A stretch of DNA of 64,000 nucleotides from an uncultured Candidatus Saccharibacteria bacterium (GTDB lineage Bacteria > Patescibacteriota > Saccharimonadia > Saccharimonadales > Saccharimonadaceae): the NCBI GenBank assembly GCA_947367795.1, contig CANBER010000001.1, positions 1,498 through 65,497 of the forward strand. The letters are read 5' to 3'. Shown piece by piece: positions 47,237 through 57,663 of the stretch. Within the stretch, counting starts at the first letter, position 1, and every line of letters starts with the position of its first letter. Both the position numbers and the translations under genes were made by a program. Below the pieces are notes generated by a model. That model was not told where the DNA came from. It made no database searches and was given only the letters and a program-made list of their open reading frames with translations.

Positions 47237-47275
47237 GCTCTCAAGCAGAGAAACTCAGAATTATTTAAGAAAGAG

Positions 47276-48007
47276 GTGATAAACTTGTCCGAAAAAAGGA
47301 TAAGATGGCTGATCATCGCATCGGCCAGTTTAGTGATGACGCTAATTGTGGCAAATTTACTGGCGCTGAAGATCTGGTGGTTATTTGGTGTCCCGGTTGA
47401 TGCAGGAATTTTACTCTTTCCCTTGTCGTACATCGTCGGGGATCTGCTGGCAGAATTCTATGGCGAAAAGCTGGCAAACTTTGTCGCGCTGGTGGCGGCC
47501 ATGTTTGGCGTCCTGACGCTCGCGGTGATCGCGCTAGCGAATCAGCTGCTGGATTATCCTGGCGCAGACAATAGCGCTTTTACTGTGATAGCTAGTGCTG
47601 CTGGACGAATCTTTTTGGCCAGTATTGTGTCGTTTCTACTGGGTCAGCTGGCGAACAATCGCCTATTTGAAGCAATCCGCCACAGGGGTGGCTGGCTGGG
47701 ATTGGCACGTGATCCTTTTGCCGTGGTGCAGTTGGGAGTCGGGGCCGAGTTAGCCAATGTGAGTCCTAAGTTGACTGATCTTAGCTTCGTGTCAGCCTTT
47801 GCCAAGCGGGCAATCATTTCGTCAGGTGCCGCCCATGCAGTAGACGCGGTGGTGTTTGAAGTGTTCGCATTTTATGGTAAATTGCCCTTCTCGGAATTCT
47901 GCCGCCAAGTAGTGTGGGCTTACCTCTTGGGGCTAACCCTTGAACTCTTGCTCTTTCCTGTGACCTACTACGTCGCCTGGAGAGGACACTCTGCCCCCTG
48001 TGATTAG
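47276..48007 (+). CDS. queuosine precursor transporter (VUT/YhhQ family)
   Basis: ANLLALK; AGILLFPLSYIVGDLLAEFYG; adjacent to tgt. Confidence 0.85.
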   Translation: MINLSEKRIRWLIIASASLVMTLIVANLLALKIWWLFGVPVDAGILLFPLSYIVGDLLAEFYGEKLANFVALVAAMFGVLTLAVIALANQLLDYPGADNSAFTVIASAAGRIFLASIVSFLLGQLANNRLFEAIRHRGGWLGLARDPFAVVQLGVGAELANVSPKLTDLSFVSAFAKRAIISSGAAHAVDAVVFEVFAFYGKLPFSEFCRQVVWAYLLGLTLELLLFPVTYYVAWRGHSAPCD

Positions 48008-48017
48008 GGGGCTTTTT
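47993..48017 (+). terminator. terminator
   Basis: gccccct-gtgatt-agggggc-ttttt. Confidence 0.65.
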
Positions 48018-48036
48018 ATGCTATAATATATTGTAT

Positions 48037-49263
48037 ATGGAATTTAGGGTAGAAAAGACGCTAGCGAATGGCCTAGGGCGAGCAGGCGTGATCAAGACTA
48101 CGCACGGCGAAATCAAGACGCCGGCTTTTATGGCAGTGGGGACGCGGGGGTTTGTGCGTTTTATCCCGGCAGATGAACTGCACGCTTTGGGGGCGCAGGC
48201 GATGCTATCAAATGGCTATCATTTACGACGACAGGCGGCGGAAATTGCCATGTCTGGAGGATTAGCTAGCTGGTCGCCAACTGATCAACCCACTGAGCCG
48301 TGGCAGGGACCAACGTTGACCGATAGCGGTGGATTCCAAGTGATGTCGCTGGGGTCGGGGCTAGGTAAGGTGGTCTCAATGGAGCGTGAGCGCGGGGTCA
48401 CCAATACTGCACACACCGAACGCCTAGCGAAGGTGACAGAGGAGGGAGTGAACTTCATTGATCCGTTTGATCATCAGCCGGATTTTATTGGACCGGAGGA
48501 ATCGATGCGGATCCAGTGCCAAATCGGAGCGGACATTCACATGGCGTTTGACGAGCTGACTTCGCTGGCCGACACTTACGAGTATAATGTTGAGGCACTG
48601 CAGCGTACGGAACGCTGGGCGGAGCGAAGCTTGAGGGAACATCTGAAACACCGCGACGATTTAGGTTACCGTCAAAATCTTTACGCCGTGTTGCAGGGCG
48701 GACGCTGGGAGGATCTCAGGCGACAAACGGCGCGCAACCTGGCCGCGATGCGCGTAGATGGCGCAGGATTTGACGGTTTCGGACTGGGCGGGGCATTTCT
48801 GAAGGAAGATCTGGGTGAGATTTTGCGCTGGTGCAACGAAGAGTTACCCCAGGAGAAGCCTCGACATCTCTTGGGGTTATCACATCCGGATGATATTTTG
48901 ATCGGAGCGGAAATGGGGGCCGATACATTTGACTGTGTCGCACCGATGCGTGAGGCTCGACACGGCAAGATTTATACCCTACAGGGTAATTATAATCTAC
49001 GCAAGATGACAGAGTCAGGCGAGCCACTCGCTAAGGATTGTGATTGTGCAACTTGCCAAGCGGGCTGGACTAGAGGTAGCCTGCGGGCGCTGTGGCGCTC
49101 GGGCGAGGTGGAAAAGAAGCAAAAATATTATAATTTGGCCTCGGTTCATAATTTACGATTTATCGTACGCCTGACGGAGGAGGTGCGCGCAGCGATAATG
49201 GGTGATTATTTCACAGAGTACAAAGGCAAGTTTTTGGCGGAGTATTATGGCGGCCAGATTTAA
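48037..49263 (+). CDS. tgt: tRNA-guanine transglycosylase
   Basis: TPAFMAVGT; DSGGFQV; MAFDE; DTFDCV; CDCATC and HNL zinc site. Confidence 0.95.
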   Translation: MEFRVEKTLANGLGRAGVIKTTHGEIKTPAFMAVGTRGFVRFIPADELHALGAQAMLSNGYHLRRQAAEIAMSGGLASWSPTDQPTEPWQGPTLTDSGGFQVMSLGSGLGKVVSMERERGVTNTAHTERLAKVTEEGVNFIDPFDHQPDFIGPEESMRIQCQIGADIHMAFDELTSLADTYEYNVEALQRTERWAERSLREHLKHRDDLGYRQNLYAVLQGGRWEDLRRQTARNLAAMRVDGAGFDGFGLGGAFLKEDLGEILRWCNEELPQEKPRHLLGLSHPDDILIGAEMGADTFDCVAPMREARHGKIYTLQGNYNLRKMTESGEPLAKDCDCATCQAGWTRGSLRALWRSGEVEKKQKYYNLASVHNLRFIVRLTEEVRAAIMGDYFTEYKGKFLAEYYGGQI

Positions 49264-49336
49264 ATCTATCCCCTTGGATGACGTAAGTTGTCGACAGAGT
49301 AAGTCTATGCTACAATAGAGAGAATGAAGGAGGTCT

Positions 49337-50470
49337 ATGCATAGGACAATTGAGGTGGACACCAAAACGTTTGTGCGATTTTGGCTGGTGATTTTGGGTT
49401 TTGGACTGGCGGGATTATTCATCTGGAAAGCACTGGGAGCACTAGTGATTATCGGGATTGCGCTATTTTTAGCGATTGCGATCCGACCGCTAGCGACACG
49501 CATAAATCGCCTGACTAAGCGCGACCATGCCGCCTCTTCTACAGTGCTGGCTTACACGATCGTAATTCTGTTTCTAGGGCTGGTGCTGGCGGTGGTGGGC
49601 CCGGTGGTGATCGAGCAGACCACGCAGTTGGTGCAGCAGCTCCCGGCGACGTTTGAACATACCCTAGGTGGCTGGGACGGGATTAATGATTTCGGCCGAA
49701 CGTTAGGAATCGATAATCTACAACACGAAATTACGAATGCTTTGCAGAGTTTTTCGAATAGTTTTGTGTCGAATATCGGCAATACTCTGGTAGTGAGTGT
49801 AAGTGCGATTGCCAACGTGCTGACGAATGTGATTTTGACCATTGTGTTGACGCTGTTTTTCTCGCTTGAAGGCCCCGGGATTATGGAATCATTCTGGAAA
49901 ATGCTCGAGGGCAAACGCAAGAATGCGACAATCCAGGCGGTGAAGCGTTTGACCGATCGGATGATTAATGTTGTATCGACTTATTTTTCACATCAGGTGA
50001 TGGTGGCGTTTTTGGACGGCTGCGTGGTGACGATCGTGGTACTCTTGCTGGCGTTTGTGTTTGGGTTCCAGGGGAGTTTGGCCTTACCAATGGGACTGGT
50101 GGCTTTTCTGTTTTATCTCATACCAATGTTTGGTCCGATTATCAGTTGTGCGTTAATCACTCTGATTCTGCTTTTCAGCTCGCCGGCAGCAGCGGTAGTG
50201 TTCTTGATTTTCTATATTATCTATGCCCAGGTCGAAAACAACGTGATTGCGCCAAAAATTCAAGGCAACGCGTTAAATCTGCCTGCTACAATGATTTTGG
50301 TAGCTATTATCGTGGGAATGAATGTGTTTGGTCTGGTCGGAGCGATCATCGCGATACCAATTGCAGGCTGTATTCGGGTGTTATTTGAAGAGGTGCCAAA
50401 TTTACGCGAGGCAGAGCGCCGTAATGACGTAGCGGAGATTCGACTAGAGAAGTCGAGCCAGAAGGCTTAG
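49337..50470 (+). CDS. AI-2E family transporter
   Basis: multi-TM; LIPMFGP; QVENNVIAPKIQG. Confidence 0.9.
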   Translation: MHRTIEVDTKTFVRFWLVILGFGLAGLFIWKALGALVIIGIALFLAIAIRPLATRINRLTKRDHAASSTVLAYTIVILFLGLVLAVVGPVVIEQTTQLVQQLPATFEHTLGGWDGINDFGRTLGIDNLQHEITNALQSFSNSFVSNIGNTLVVSVSAIANVLTNVILTIVLTLFFSLEGPGIMESFWKMLEGKRKNATIQAVKRLTDRMINVVSTYFSHQVMVAFLDGCVVTIVVLLLAFVFGFQGSLALPMGLVAFLFYLIPMFGPIISCALITLILLFSSPAAAVVFLIFYIIYAQVENNVIAPKIQGNALNLPATMILVAIIVGMNVFGLVGAIIAIPIAGCIRVLFEEVPNLREAERRNDVAEIRLEKSSQKA

Positions 50471-50512
50471 CGCTTGGCAATTATCGAGCCGCGTGATATA
50501 ATTAAGTTATCT

Positions 50513-50587
50513 TGGGTCGTCGCCAAGTGGTAAGGCACTGGGTTTTGGTCCCAGCATTCGCAGGTTCGATCCCTGCCGACCCAGCCA
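50513..50587 (+). tRNA. tRNA-Gln (TTG)
   Basis: acceptor stem TGGGTCG/CGACCCA, D-loop AAGTGGTAA, anticodon loop TTTTGGT, T-loop GTTCGAT, encoded CCA. Confidence 0.96.
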
Positions 50588-50626
50588 CGGATTTAGGATA
50601 GATGTGAAGTCAAGAGGAAAATATTC

Positions 50627-50661
50627 TTGACTTTTTTGATAATGTGTGATACAATAGAGGT
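50627..50661 (+). promoter_or_regulatory. signature promoter variant
   Basis: TTGACTTTTTTGATAATGTGTGATACAATAGAGG. Confidence 0.7.
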
Positions 50662-50717
50662 AGAGCTGAGATAAAGCTTTAGGTTTTGATGTGGTCAAAC
50701 ATAGATTGGAGGGATAA

Positions 50718-51512
50718 ATGATGACTACAGAAAAGAAAAGTAACTTAAGAATGAAGCGAGCTGAACAGCGGCAGAAAGAGAAAGAGTTTCTTGAAATCCT
50801 GCTGCAACTGAGCGAGGATCTGCCCTGGCAACACAAATGGTGGAACTTGGTATCGCCGGAGTTCAGAGAAAAAGACTGGATTCAGGCCATGTACCAGGGA
50901 CTGGTACATGGCCGGGTGCCCGGCCTGCAGACTTTGCGCCAGTGCCTCGGTGATCCGATCTCACCGACGATAATCGTGCGGATGAATTTGATCGGCCTGA
51001 TTCTGGAAGTAACCAATCTGGAACGACAGTACTGTGCCAAGGTCTGCAAGATCAATATCACACAGCTTAGGCGGCTGCAGGAGTTGGTGGAAATGTGCGA
51101 TGAGGTAATCGCAAGAATGCCGAAAATCGCACAAAATCCTCAGGTGCAGGAATTGATGAAAGAGCTGAAGAACTGGCTGGCGGTGGAAAAGCAGCATTAT
51201 CAGAACTCAACTTTGTCGCAGGAGAAGCTGATTAAGCAGCGCAAAGTTCTGTTTCGGAAAGCCTTTCTGGGGAGCTTGCCCAGGGAAATCCTGGGCGCTT
51301 ACGAAATGGACGCCGAGCCAACGCTGCGTGCAGATCTGGTCAACCGGGCTGTACAGCTGAAATGCGAGCTGGGCATCAGTATTCTGCCGGAAAGCCAGTG
51401 TATTCGGAATGTATCGAAGGCTGTAACTAAGGATTTAGTAGACAGCCTGACGCGGATGCAGGAAACTGATGAAATGCAACAGCGGTTGCTGATATTACTC
51501 GAGGCATCGTAG
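50718..51512 (+). CDS. hypothetical helical protein (ORFan, 264 aa)
   Basis: GGAGG RBS; terminator at 51537. Confidence 0.8.
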   Translation: MMTTEKKSNLRMKRAEQRQKEKEFLEILLQLSEDLPWQHKWWNLVSPEFREKDWIQAMYQGLVHGRVPGLQTLRQCLGDPISPTIIVRMNLIGLILEVTNLERQYCAKVCKINITQLRRLQELVEMCDEVIARMPKIAQNPQVQELMKELKNWLAVEKQHYQNSTLSQEKLIKQRKVLFRKAFLGSLPREILGAYEMDAEPTLRADLVNRAVQLKCELGISILPESQCIRNVSKAVTKDLVDSLTRMQETDEMQQRLLILLEAS

Positions 51513-51536
51513 ACGTAGCTTAGCTTCATAACCAAA

Positions 51537-51565
51537 GCCCGGGACGAAAGTCCCGGGCGATTTTT
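51537..51565. terminator. terminator
   Basis: gcccgggac-gaaa-gtcccgggc. Confidence 0.8.
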
Positions 51566-51606
51566 GCCTAGAACCATAGGCGGAACTAACGGAAGTTGAT
51601 TCTGCG

Positions 51607-52839
51607 TTATGAATAGTAAGTGACTGTGAAGGTAGTTCCCTGGCCTTCGACGGAGCGGACGGCGATTTGGCCTTGGTCAGATTCAATGATCGCCTTGGCA
51701 AGAGAAAGTCCGATGCCGATACTGGAAGATTTAGCATTCTGGGACTTGTAAAAGCGTTCGAAAATATGATGCAGGTCCTGAGGAGAAATCCCCTCGCCAT
51801 GGTCAGAGATGATGAGGCGGAGGAAAAGCGGGTTCTGCTTGACGGCGATCTCTACGACGCTACCTATAGGACTATGCTCGATGCAATTCTTGACGATATT
51901 AGTGAGCGCTTCGCTCTGCCAACGCAGATCAAGTGAAACCTCTGTAGTCAGGTCGCCAGAAATTTCGAGCTTGACTTCAGCAATGTCGGCAAGCACGGCG
52001 AGATTTTGTTGTACTTCGGAGAGGAGAGCTGCAATGGGAAATTTGGTGCGGTGAAGTTTGATGGATTTGCTATCAAATTTGGCAAGATTCAGGAGAGTGG
52101 TGACGAGACTGGACATGGCTTCAGTTTGGCGACTAATCGTCCGTAAAAACTCCTGGCGAGTAGCGGCGGGCATTTCAGGGTCATCGTAAATATTATCTAC
52201 CATGATTTGGAGTGAGGTGAGTGGAGTACGGAGCTGATGTGAAATGTCGGCTAGGGCAGTCTCGAGTTCTTGACGCGCCAGGCGGTTCTGGTCGGCGGCC
52301 TCACGCAGCGCGACGGTGATCTTGTAAAGTTCGTTAGTGAGTAGCGAAAATTCGCCTTCTTGATTTTCGGCTAGGCGGAGATCGTAGATCTTGTTGCCTA
52401 AGTCTTGCAGATATTGCACCAAACGGCGAATCTTGCGCGAAGTGCGATAATCTAGCCACCAGAAATAAAGTAAAAGTACTAGGCCAGACGCAAGGATAAT
52501 GAGAAGAGCGGTGGCGAGAACTTGGGTTACAAAATTGCTCGCGCTCGGAGAAGCTAGGTCGCTCGATAAGTAGCCATATTGGCGCAGGGCTGCCTCGCCC
52601 CGAGCAACCATGGCGGAACTCGGAGAACGTAACTCCTGAATAACACGCAACGGGTCAAGCTCGGCGCTAGAGTCATTGGAATTATTCGTGAGTGCGGCGC
52701 CAATAATCCCAGCTAGCTCGCGATTTGCCGCAGCTTGGTAGGAGGTGCGCAAGGCGCCAAATGCGGTGACGAGAGCTAGGCTGGCGGCTAAAACGACACA
52801 GAAAATTGGCAGGAAAATGCGGATTAGTCGACGGCGCAT
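51607..52839 (-). CDS. sensor histidine kinase
   Basis: ADISHQLRTPL; NIVKNCIEHS; DHGEGI; GIGLSLA. Confidence 0.95.
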   Translation of the reverse strand: MRRRLIRIFLPIFCVVLAASLALVTAFGALRTSYQAAANRELAGIIGAALTNNSNDSSAELDPLRVIQELRSPSSAMVARGEAALRQYGYLSSDLASPSASNFVTQVLATALLIILASGLVLLLYFWWLDYRTSRKIRRLVQYLQDLGNKIYDLRLAENQEGEFSLLTNELYKITVALREAADQNRLARQELETALADISHQLRTPLTSLQIMVDNIYDDPEMPAATRQEFLRTISRQTEAMSSLVTTLLNLAKFDSKSIKLHRTKFPIAALLSEVQQNLAVLADIAEVKLEISGDLTTEVSLDLRWQSEALTNIVKNCIEHSPIGSVVEIAVKQNPLFLRLIISDHGEGISPQDLHHIFERFYKSQNAKSSSIGIGLSLAKAIIESDQGQIAVRSVEGQGTTFTVTYYS

Positions 52840-53489
52840 AAACGATATCCTAGATTCTTAACAGTTACGATTGCGCCGGGGAGGTTGAGCTTGTTACGCA
52901 GGCGTTTCATGTAAACGGTAAGAGTATTGTCATTTACGATGCGTCCAGAAGCATCCCAAATTTCGTCGAGGAGACGTTCACGAGTAACAATGCGGCCGGG
53001 GTTTTCGAGTAGACAAAGTAGGAGCCGACGCTCTAGCGGGCTCAAAGTGATAACACGATCCCCCACTTTGACCTGATCGGTATCAAGCTGAAAGGAAAGT
53101 TTGCCACAGATTAGGGTAGAAGCGTACTGAGTCCCATGGCGTAAAATTTTACGGATTCGCAGTAATAGCTCGCGAGTGCGGAAGGGCTTGGTGATGTAAT
53201 CTTCAGCGCCAAGTTCGAGACCGCGAACAATGTCGTTTTCATCGTCTTTGGCAGTGAGGAAAATAATTGGAAGGTCGGGCTGATCGCGGCGCAGGGTTTC
53301 GGCCAAGGTAAACCCATCGCCATCGGGCAGCGAGATATCAAGCAGAATTAGGTCGTAATGATGCGAATTGAGCAGGTCGCGCGCGGTTTTGAGACTTGAG
53401 GCGACATTCAAGAGATATTTTTCCCGCTCGAGAAGATAAACCAGACCTTTGGCAGTGAGAGGATTATCTTCAACGAGCAGGATCTTCAT
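52824..53489 (-). CDS. OmpR-family response regulator
   Basis: LLVEDN; LLDISLPDGDG; DYITKPF; wHTH LTVYMKRLRNKL. Confidence 0.96.
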   Translation of the reverse strand: MKILLVEDNPLTAKGLVYLLEREKYLLNVASSLKTARDLLNSHHYDLILLDISLPDGDGFTLAETLRRDQPDLPIIFLTAKDDENDIVRGLELGAEDYITKPFRTRELLLRIRKILRHGTQYASTLICGKLSFQLDTDQVKVGDRVITLSPLERRLLLCLLENPGRIVTRERLLDEIWDASGRIVNDNTLTVYMKRLRNKLNLPGAIVTVKNLGYRLCAVD

Positions 53490-53504
53490 ATATTTTATTA
53501 TAAC

Positions 53505-55721
53505 TTAGATATTTTCGGAACGGATGGTTTCGATAATATTTTGTTTGGCGACTTGTTTAACCGAGTAGCGCATGATCACGGCGATTAAGAGAGCTACCGC
53601 CAGGATAGAAATCAGAATGGGCACAAGCGGGAACTGAAAACCGAAATCAATTGAGCTCGCAATCGAACTATAGACGCCGTATGAGAAGAGGATGCCGAGC
53701 GGGATACCGATCAAAAGAGCTTTTCCAGTATACATGAGGCTTTCTAGCCGAATCATGCGGTTGAATTCATGATTGGTCATACCGACAGAGCGCAAGATAG
53801 CAAATTCATTGGCGCGTAAGGCAATATTGGTGGTAATGGTGTTGAAGATATTGGTCACGCCAATCAGAGTCACAACAATGACAAAGCCGTACAGGAAGAT
53901 GCTAACCAAGAGATAGAATCGGCGCATCTGGGCACTAGTTTCCTGAACATCAATAAAATTGAAGTGCTCGAATTTTTCACTTTCATCAATGCCGGTGAGA
54001 TATTCCGAAACTGTAGCAAGATTGTCCGTAGCTCCGCCGATGAATTGAATCTCATCAGGATCAGGCAAGAACTTGTCAGCAAGATAATGATTTTCGGGAA
54101 TGAATACTGCGCTATAGTAGCTATTTTCAAAACCAAGGGGCTTAGTGTCAGAAATTTTGGTAATAGGCAGATCGATGTAGTTGTATTTGGTCTGATATTC
54201 AGCCTGAGTCCCGTCGTCACCTAGCTCTGGCTGTTCTAACTCGCGACGTTCAGTAACTTCAACATTAATCGTATCACCTTCTTTGATATCTGGATATTGG
54301 CGCAGGTAGCTATAGCCTCCGTCATCATTCAGTGCAATGGCTTGATCGTTCAGAATTGCAGCATGTGAATAATCTTTAAGGTTGAGGCCGATGGATTTGG
54401 CGTATTTTTCGAAAGCGTCTTGGCTCATGATGGTCACGCCATCCGCCAGCCCGTAAGTATTTTGGTAGTAGGCATAATCCTGGAGGTTGAAACGTTTGAC
54501 TAGATCGCGATAGAATTCAATGCTACCACCGTTGATGGCAAAATCAATATGGCTATGATTGAATTGCAGACTGGTGGCTCGCTGGCCATAATCGAGGAAG
54601 CTAGCTAGCCCGATGAAAGTTGCAACCGACAGCACAATAGAAATCACCGTGGTGCGATATTTCTTGCGACTGCGTTTGAGATTTTTGTTCGCAATCACGC
54701 CACCGATGCCGAAAGTTTGGCGGATAAGCTTACCCGTGCGAAGCTTGCGCGGTTTGATTTTGACGTCTTGGTTGCCTCGGATGGCTTCAATCGGAGAAAT
54801 GCGTCCCGAACGTATAGCAGGCATGAGACTGGAAAGCAGAATCGTGACAAGACTAAGCAGAATTGCCACCGGGAAAATCCAAAACGGCATAGAGAAAGCG
54901 ATACTCGTAATCATCATGCCGTCAAGCAAGAGGTTTATAATTACGATCAAAATTGCAACTGCAACTGTACCTAAAATTACACCCAGTGGAATACCAATCG
55001 CCGCGATCACGAAGCTTTCAAAGAAAACACTTTGGCGAATTTGGCGAGGTGTAGCGCCAATACTAGCTAGCATCCCAAATTGACGGGTGCGTTCAGTAGC
55101 AGAAATGCTAAAACTATTGCGAATGACAAATATACTGGTCACAACAATAATACCAATTACCAAAGTAGCCAAGCTATAAAGCGATTTCAGAGTGACATCA
55201 CCCATCACGCCTTCATAACGCAATAATTCGCTGTTAGTGCGGACATTGATAGAATCATCATGATTTGCAGTTAAAGTGTCAAGAATTTGCTGGCGAATTT
55301 GATCATAGTCTCCGGGACGATCGTAGCGAACATAGATATTATATTTGCCTTTGGCGTCAGCCGGCAAAGTAGTAATCGGTTCAAAAAGCGAAGCACTGTA
55401 GGGTTCGTTCTGATATAACTCGTAAGTCTCCTTGGAATCGCCAAGCTGCTCGTCGGTAAGTGGTGTGGAGTAGTAATATTTGGCGACGTGTTGGTTTTCT
55501 TCAATGTATTTGAGATCTTCAGTCGGCACAGCTTCATACATATCGTGATAATCACCAACTTGCGCGATAGCCCAACTTTTCATCATATCCTGAAAGCTCG
55601 TAACGATGCCCGCCACAGCTAGAATAAGAGCAGTCGAAAGCATGACACCGATAATAGTGACCCCAGTGCGGCGTTTATTCTCCCGGAGATTAGTGAGAGT
55701 GAGACGTTGCAAGATGTTCAT
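53505..55721 (-). CDS. FtsX-like ABC permease
   Basis: ERTRQFGMLASIGAT; EFAILRSVGMT; start ATG 55721. Confidence 0.9.
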   Translation of the reverse strand: MNILQRLTLTNLRENKRRTGVTIIGVMLSTALILAVAGIVTSFQDMMKSWAIAQVGDYHDMYEAVPTEDLKYIEENQHVAKYYYSTPLTDEQLGDSKETYELYQNEPYSASLFEPITTLPADAKGKYNIYVRYDRPGDYDQIRQQILDTLTANHDDSINVRTNSELLRYEGVMGDVTLKSLYSLATLVIGIIVVTSIFVIRNSFSISATERTRQFGMLASIGATPRQIRQSVFFESFVIAAIGIPLGVILGTVAVAILIVIINLLLDGMMITSIAFSMPFWIFPVAILLSLVTILLSSLMPAIRSGRISPIEAIRGNQDVKIKPRKLRTGKLIRQTFGIGGVIANKNLKRSRKKYRTTVISIVLSVATFIGLASFLDYGQRATSLQFNHSHIDFAINGGSIEFYRDLVKRFNLQDYAYYQNTYGLADGVTIMSQDAFEKYAKSIGLNLKDYSHAAILNDQAIALNDDGGYSYLRQYPDIKEGDTINVEVTERRELEQPELGDDGTQAEYQTKYNYIDLPITKISDTKPLGFENSYYSAVFIPENHYLADKFLPDPDEIQFIGGATDNLATVSEYLTGIDESEKFEHFNFIDVQETSAQMRRFYLLVSIFLYGFVIVVTLIGVTNIFNTITTNIALRANEFAILRSVGMTNHEFNRMIRLESLMYTGKALLIGIPLGILFSYGVYSSIASSIDFGFQFPLVPILISILAVALLIAVIMRYSVKQVAKQNIIETIRSENI

Positions 55722-55722
55722 A

Positions 55723-56400
55723 CTACATCCTTTCGTCCTTGATAATTTTGCCATCTTCAAAAGTGATCACGCGATCAGCTTGACTGGCAATTTCGAGATC
55801 GTGCGTAATGATAATGATGGTTTGATGATACTTTTGGTTGGACAATTTGAGGAGGGAAAGGATTTCGTCCCCCGATTTAGAATCAAGATTTCCGGTCGGC
55901 TCATCAGCGAGGATAATGGCCGGATCATTGATGAGCGCCCGACCAATCGAGACGCGTTGTTGCTGACCCCCAGAAAGCTGGTTAGGAAGGTGATTGGTGC
56001 GATGAGTTAACCCTAACGTCGTGAGGAGCTCCTCCATACGTTTACGACTGACGGGTTTGCCATCTAGGTCACAGGGCAGAGTAATATTTTCCTTAACGTT
56101 GAGAATGGGAATTAAATTGTAAAACTGATAAATAATACCGACCTGACGGCGGCGGAAAATCGCCAAAGCATCATTGGAGAGCTGATAAATATCTTTGCCG
56201 TCAATTAAAACTTTGCCGGAGGTCGGGCGGTCGACGCCACCTAAGAGATGGAGGAGAGTGGACTTGCCCGATCCGCTGGCGCCAACGATCGCGACGAACT
56301 CTCCTTCATCGACTGAGAAATCCACGTCGTCGACCGCCCGCACCCGATTTTCCCCCTTGCCATATGTTTTGGTCAAATTCTTGACTTCTAGAATTTTCAT
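55723..56400 (-). CDS. ABC ATP-binding protein (LolD/MacB-like)
   Basis: GASGSGKST; LSGGQQQRV; ADEPTGNLD. Confidence 0.96.
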   Translation of the reverse strand: MKILEVKNLTKTYGKGENRVRAVDDVDFSVDEGEFVAIVGASGSGKSTLLHLLGGVDRPTSGKVLIDGKDIYQLSNDALAIFRRRQVGIIYQFYNLIPILNVKENITLPCDLDGKPVSRKRMEELLTTLGLTHRTNHLPNQLSGGQQQRVSIGRALINDPAIILADEPTGNLDSKSGDEILSLLKLSNQKYHQTIIIITHDLEIASQADRVITFEDGKIIKDERM

Positions 56401-56460
56401 AACTTTTCCTGATTAAAGTTGACTCCTGGCTATCACCAGTTATATCGATTCTAACAAAAT

Positions 56461-56482
56461 CAAGTGACAATCAGGTGACAGA
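56461..56482 (-). promoter_or_regulatory. putative OmpR-type tandem binding site
   Basis: minus strand CTGTCACCTGA-TTGTCACTTGA, 11-bp repeat ahead of a TAGAAT -10. Confidence 0.55.
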
Positions 56483-56499
56483 TTGATGCGCTCGGCAAC

Positions 56500-57654
56500 T
56501 TAAACTGGGTCTGATTTGGATTTAACGGGTGATGTAATCGATATTTTGTCGGAGCTCTTTTTAGATTCAGACTTAGAAGATTTGGGTTTGGCGGGGTTAG
56601 GCTCAGGATTTTTAACCTCTTTGATCGGTTTTGACGTTTTAGCCTCTGTGGGCTTCGCCGGCGACTTGGACGGCGGCTGGGAGGCTGATTTTGGTTTTGG
56701 CGTTTCGGGAACCTTGGGCGAGGACGTGGTAATCTTAGGGGATTTGGGGGAGGATGTTGTGAGCTCAGGAGCTTTGGACGACTTGGGCCCTTTACCATGC
56801 AAGTTCTTGGCAGATTTATGATCGGTCAATCCTTCGACATTAACCTTGACAATCGGGGCTTTAGTAGGTGCAGTTGGCTTCGTCTCGAGCGCGATTGGAG
56901 ACTTAGTAGACGAAACCGGCTGCGCTGCGTTAGTCGTTGAAGGTTTAGTGGCTTCGGGCACGGTAGACACTGCTTCATCTTCTTCGATAACAATGGTCTT
57001 AATACGGGGCAGAACAATGGTTTCGGAAAGTCGGCCGCTCATCGCAAAATCAATCACCACACAGAGATAACCAAAGATCAGATCAATAACTGCAAACAGA
57101 ACCAACCACCACAACATCGTAGCAATTGAGATGCGTTCATAATTTAAAATCTCGTACGGATAAATTAGATCGGACGACTGCGAAATATAAAAACTCGACA
57201 ACAGCACAAATCCGACATAAATAACTAGAAAGGCCAGCCAATTAAAGGGGTCGATCGGGCGCCACAGCCCCTTCATAGAAAAGAAGATCCAGCCGACCAA
57301 CATCAAGACTGGCACGAGAAAATTCACGATCACGCCACCAATACCACTGGCGCCCGGCAAATCCATGCCACAGCCCGCAAAGATAACTGCGCCAATCATC
57401 AGCATAATGCCCGAAACCACCAGAGCTCCTTGCAGCATAGGGCAGATCTCAAAGCCCGGGCTGAGGCGACGCATGGCGAGCGAAAAAATGCCTCCAAGAA
57501 TATAATATATACTAGCAATCAGCATAACCCAGGTAGCCAAAAGCCGCCAAGCGGCAACACCACTCGCATTAAACTGCAGCCACACCCCGAGCGCCGCGAT
57601 GACGCCTAGCACTAAGCGGTAAATTGTAGCCCCAACACGACTGGATATATACAT
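56500..57654 (-). CDS. Pr6Pr/FAR-17a-like membrane protein with long K/P/S-rich tail
   Basis: about 6 TMs; NFLVPVLMLVGW; LIYPYEILN; low-complexity C-terminus. Confidence 0.7.
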   Translation of the reverse strand: MYISSRVGATIYRLVLGVIAALGVWLQFNASGVAAWRLLATWVMLIASIYYILGGIFSLAMRRLSPGFEICPMLQGALVVSGIMLMIGAVIFAGCGMDLPGASGIGGVIVNFLVPVLMLVGWIFFSMKGLWRPIDPFNWLAFLVIYVGFVLLSSFYISQSSDLIYPYEILNYERISIATMLWWLVLFAVIDLIFGYLCVVIDFAMSGRLSETIVLPRIKTIVIEEDEAVSTVPEATKPSTTNAAQPVSSTKSPIALETKPTAPTKAPIVKVNVEGLTDHKSAKNLHGKGPKSSKAPELTTSSPKSPKITTSSPKVPETPKPKSASQPPSKSPAKPTEAKTSKPIKEVKNPEPNPAKPKSSKSESKKSSDKISITSPVKSKSDPV

Positions 57655-57663
57655 AAGTCTATT

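Noticed and set aside
47224-47275. preQ1 riboswitch before the YhhQ-like gene
   Set aside because: No preQ1-I stem/A-rich tail consensus recognised.
56500-56800. K/P/S/T repeats in the membrane protein tail
   Set aside because: Ordinary low-complexity tail with no exact nucleotide repeat array.
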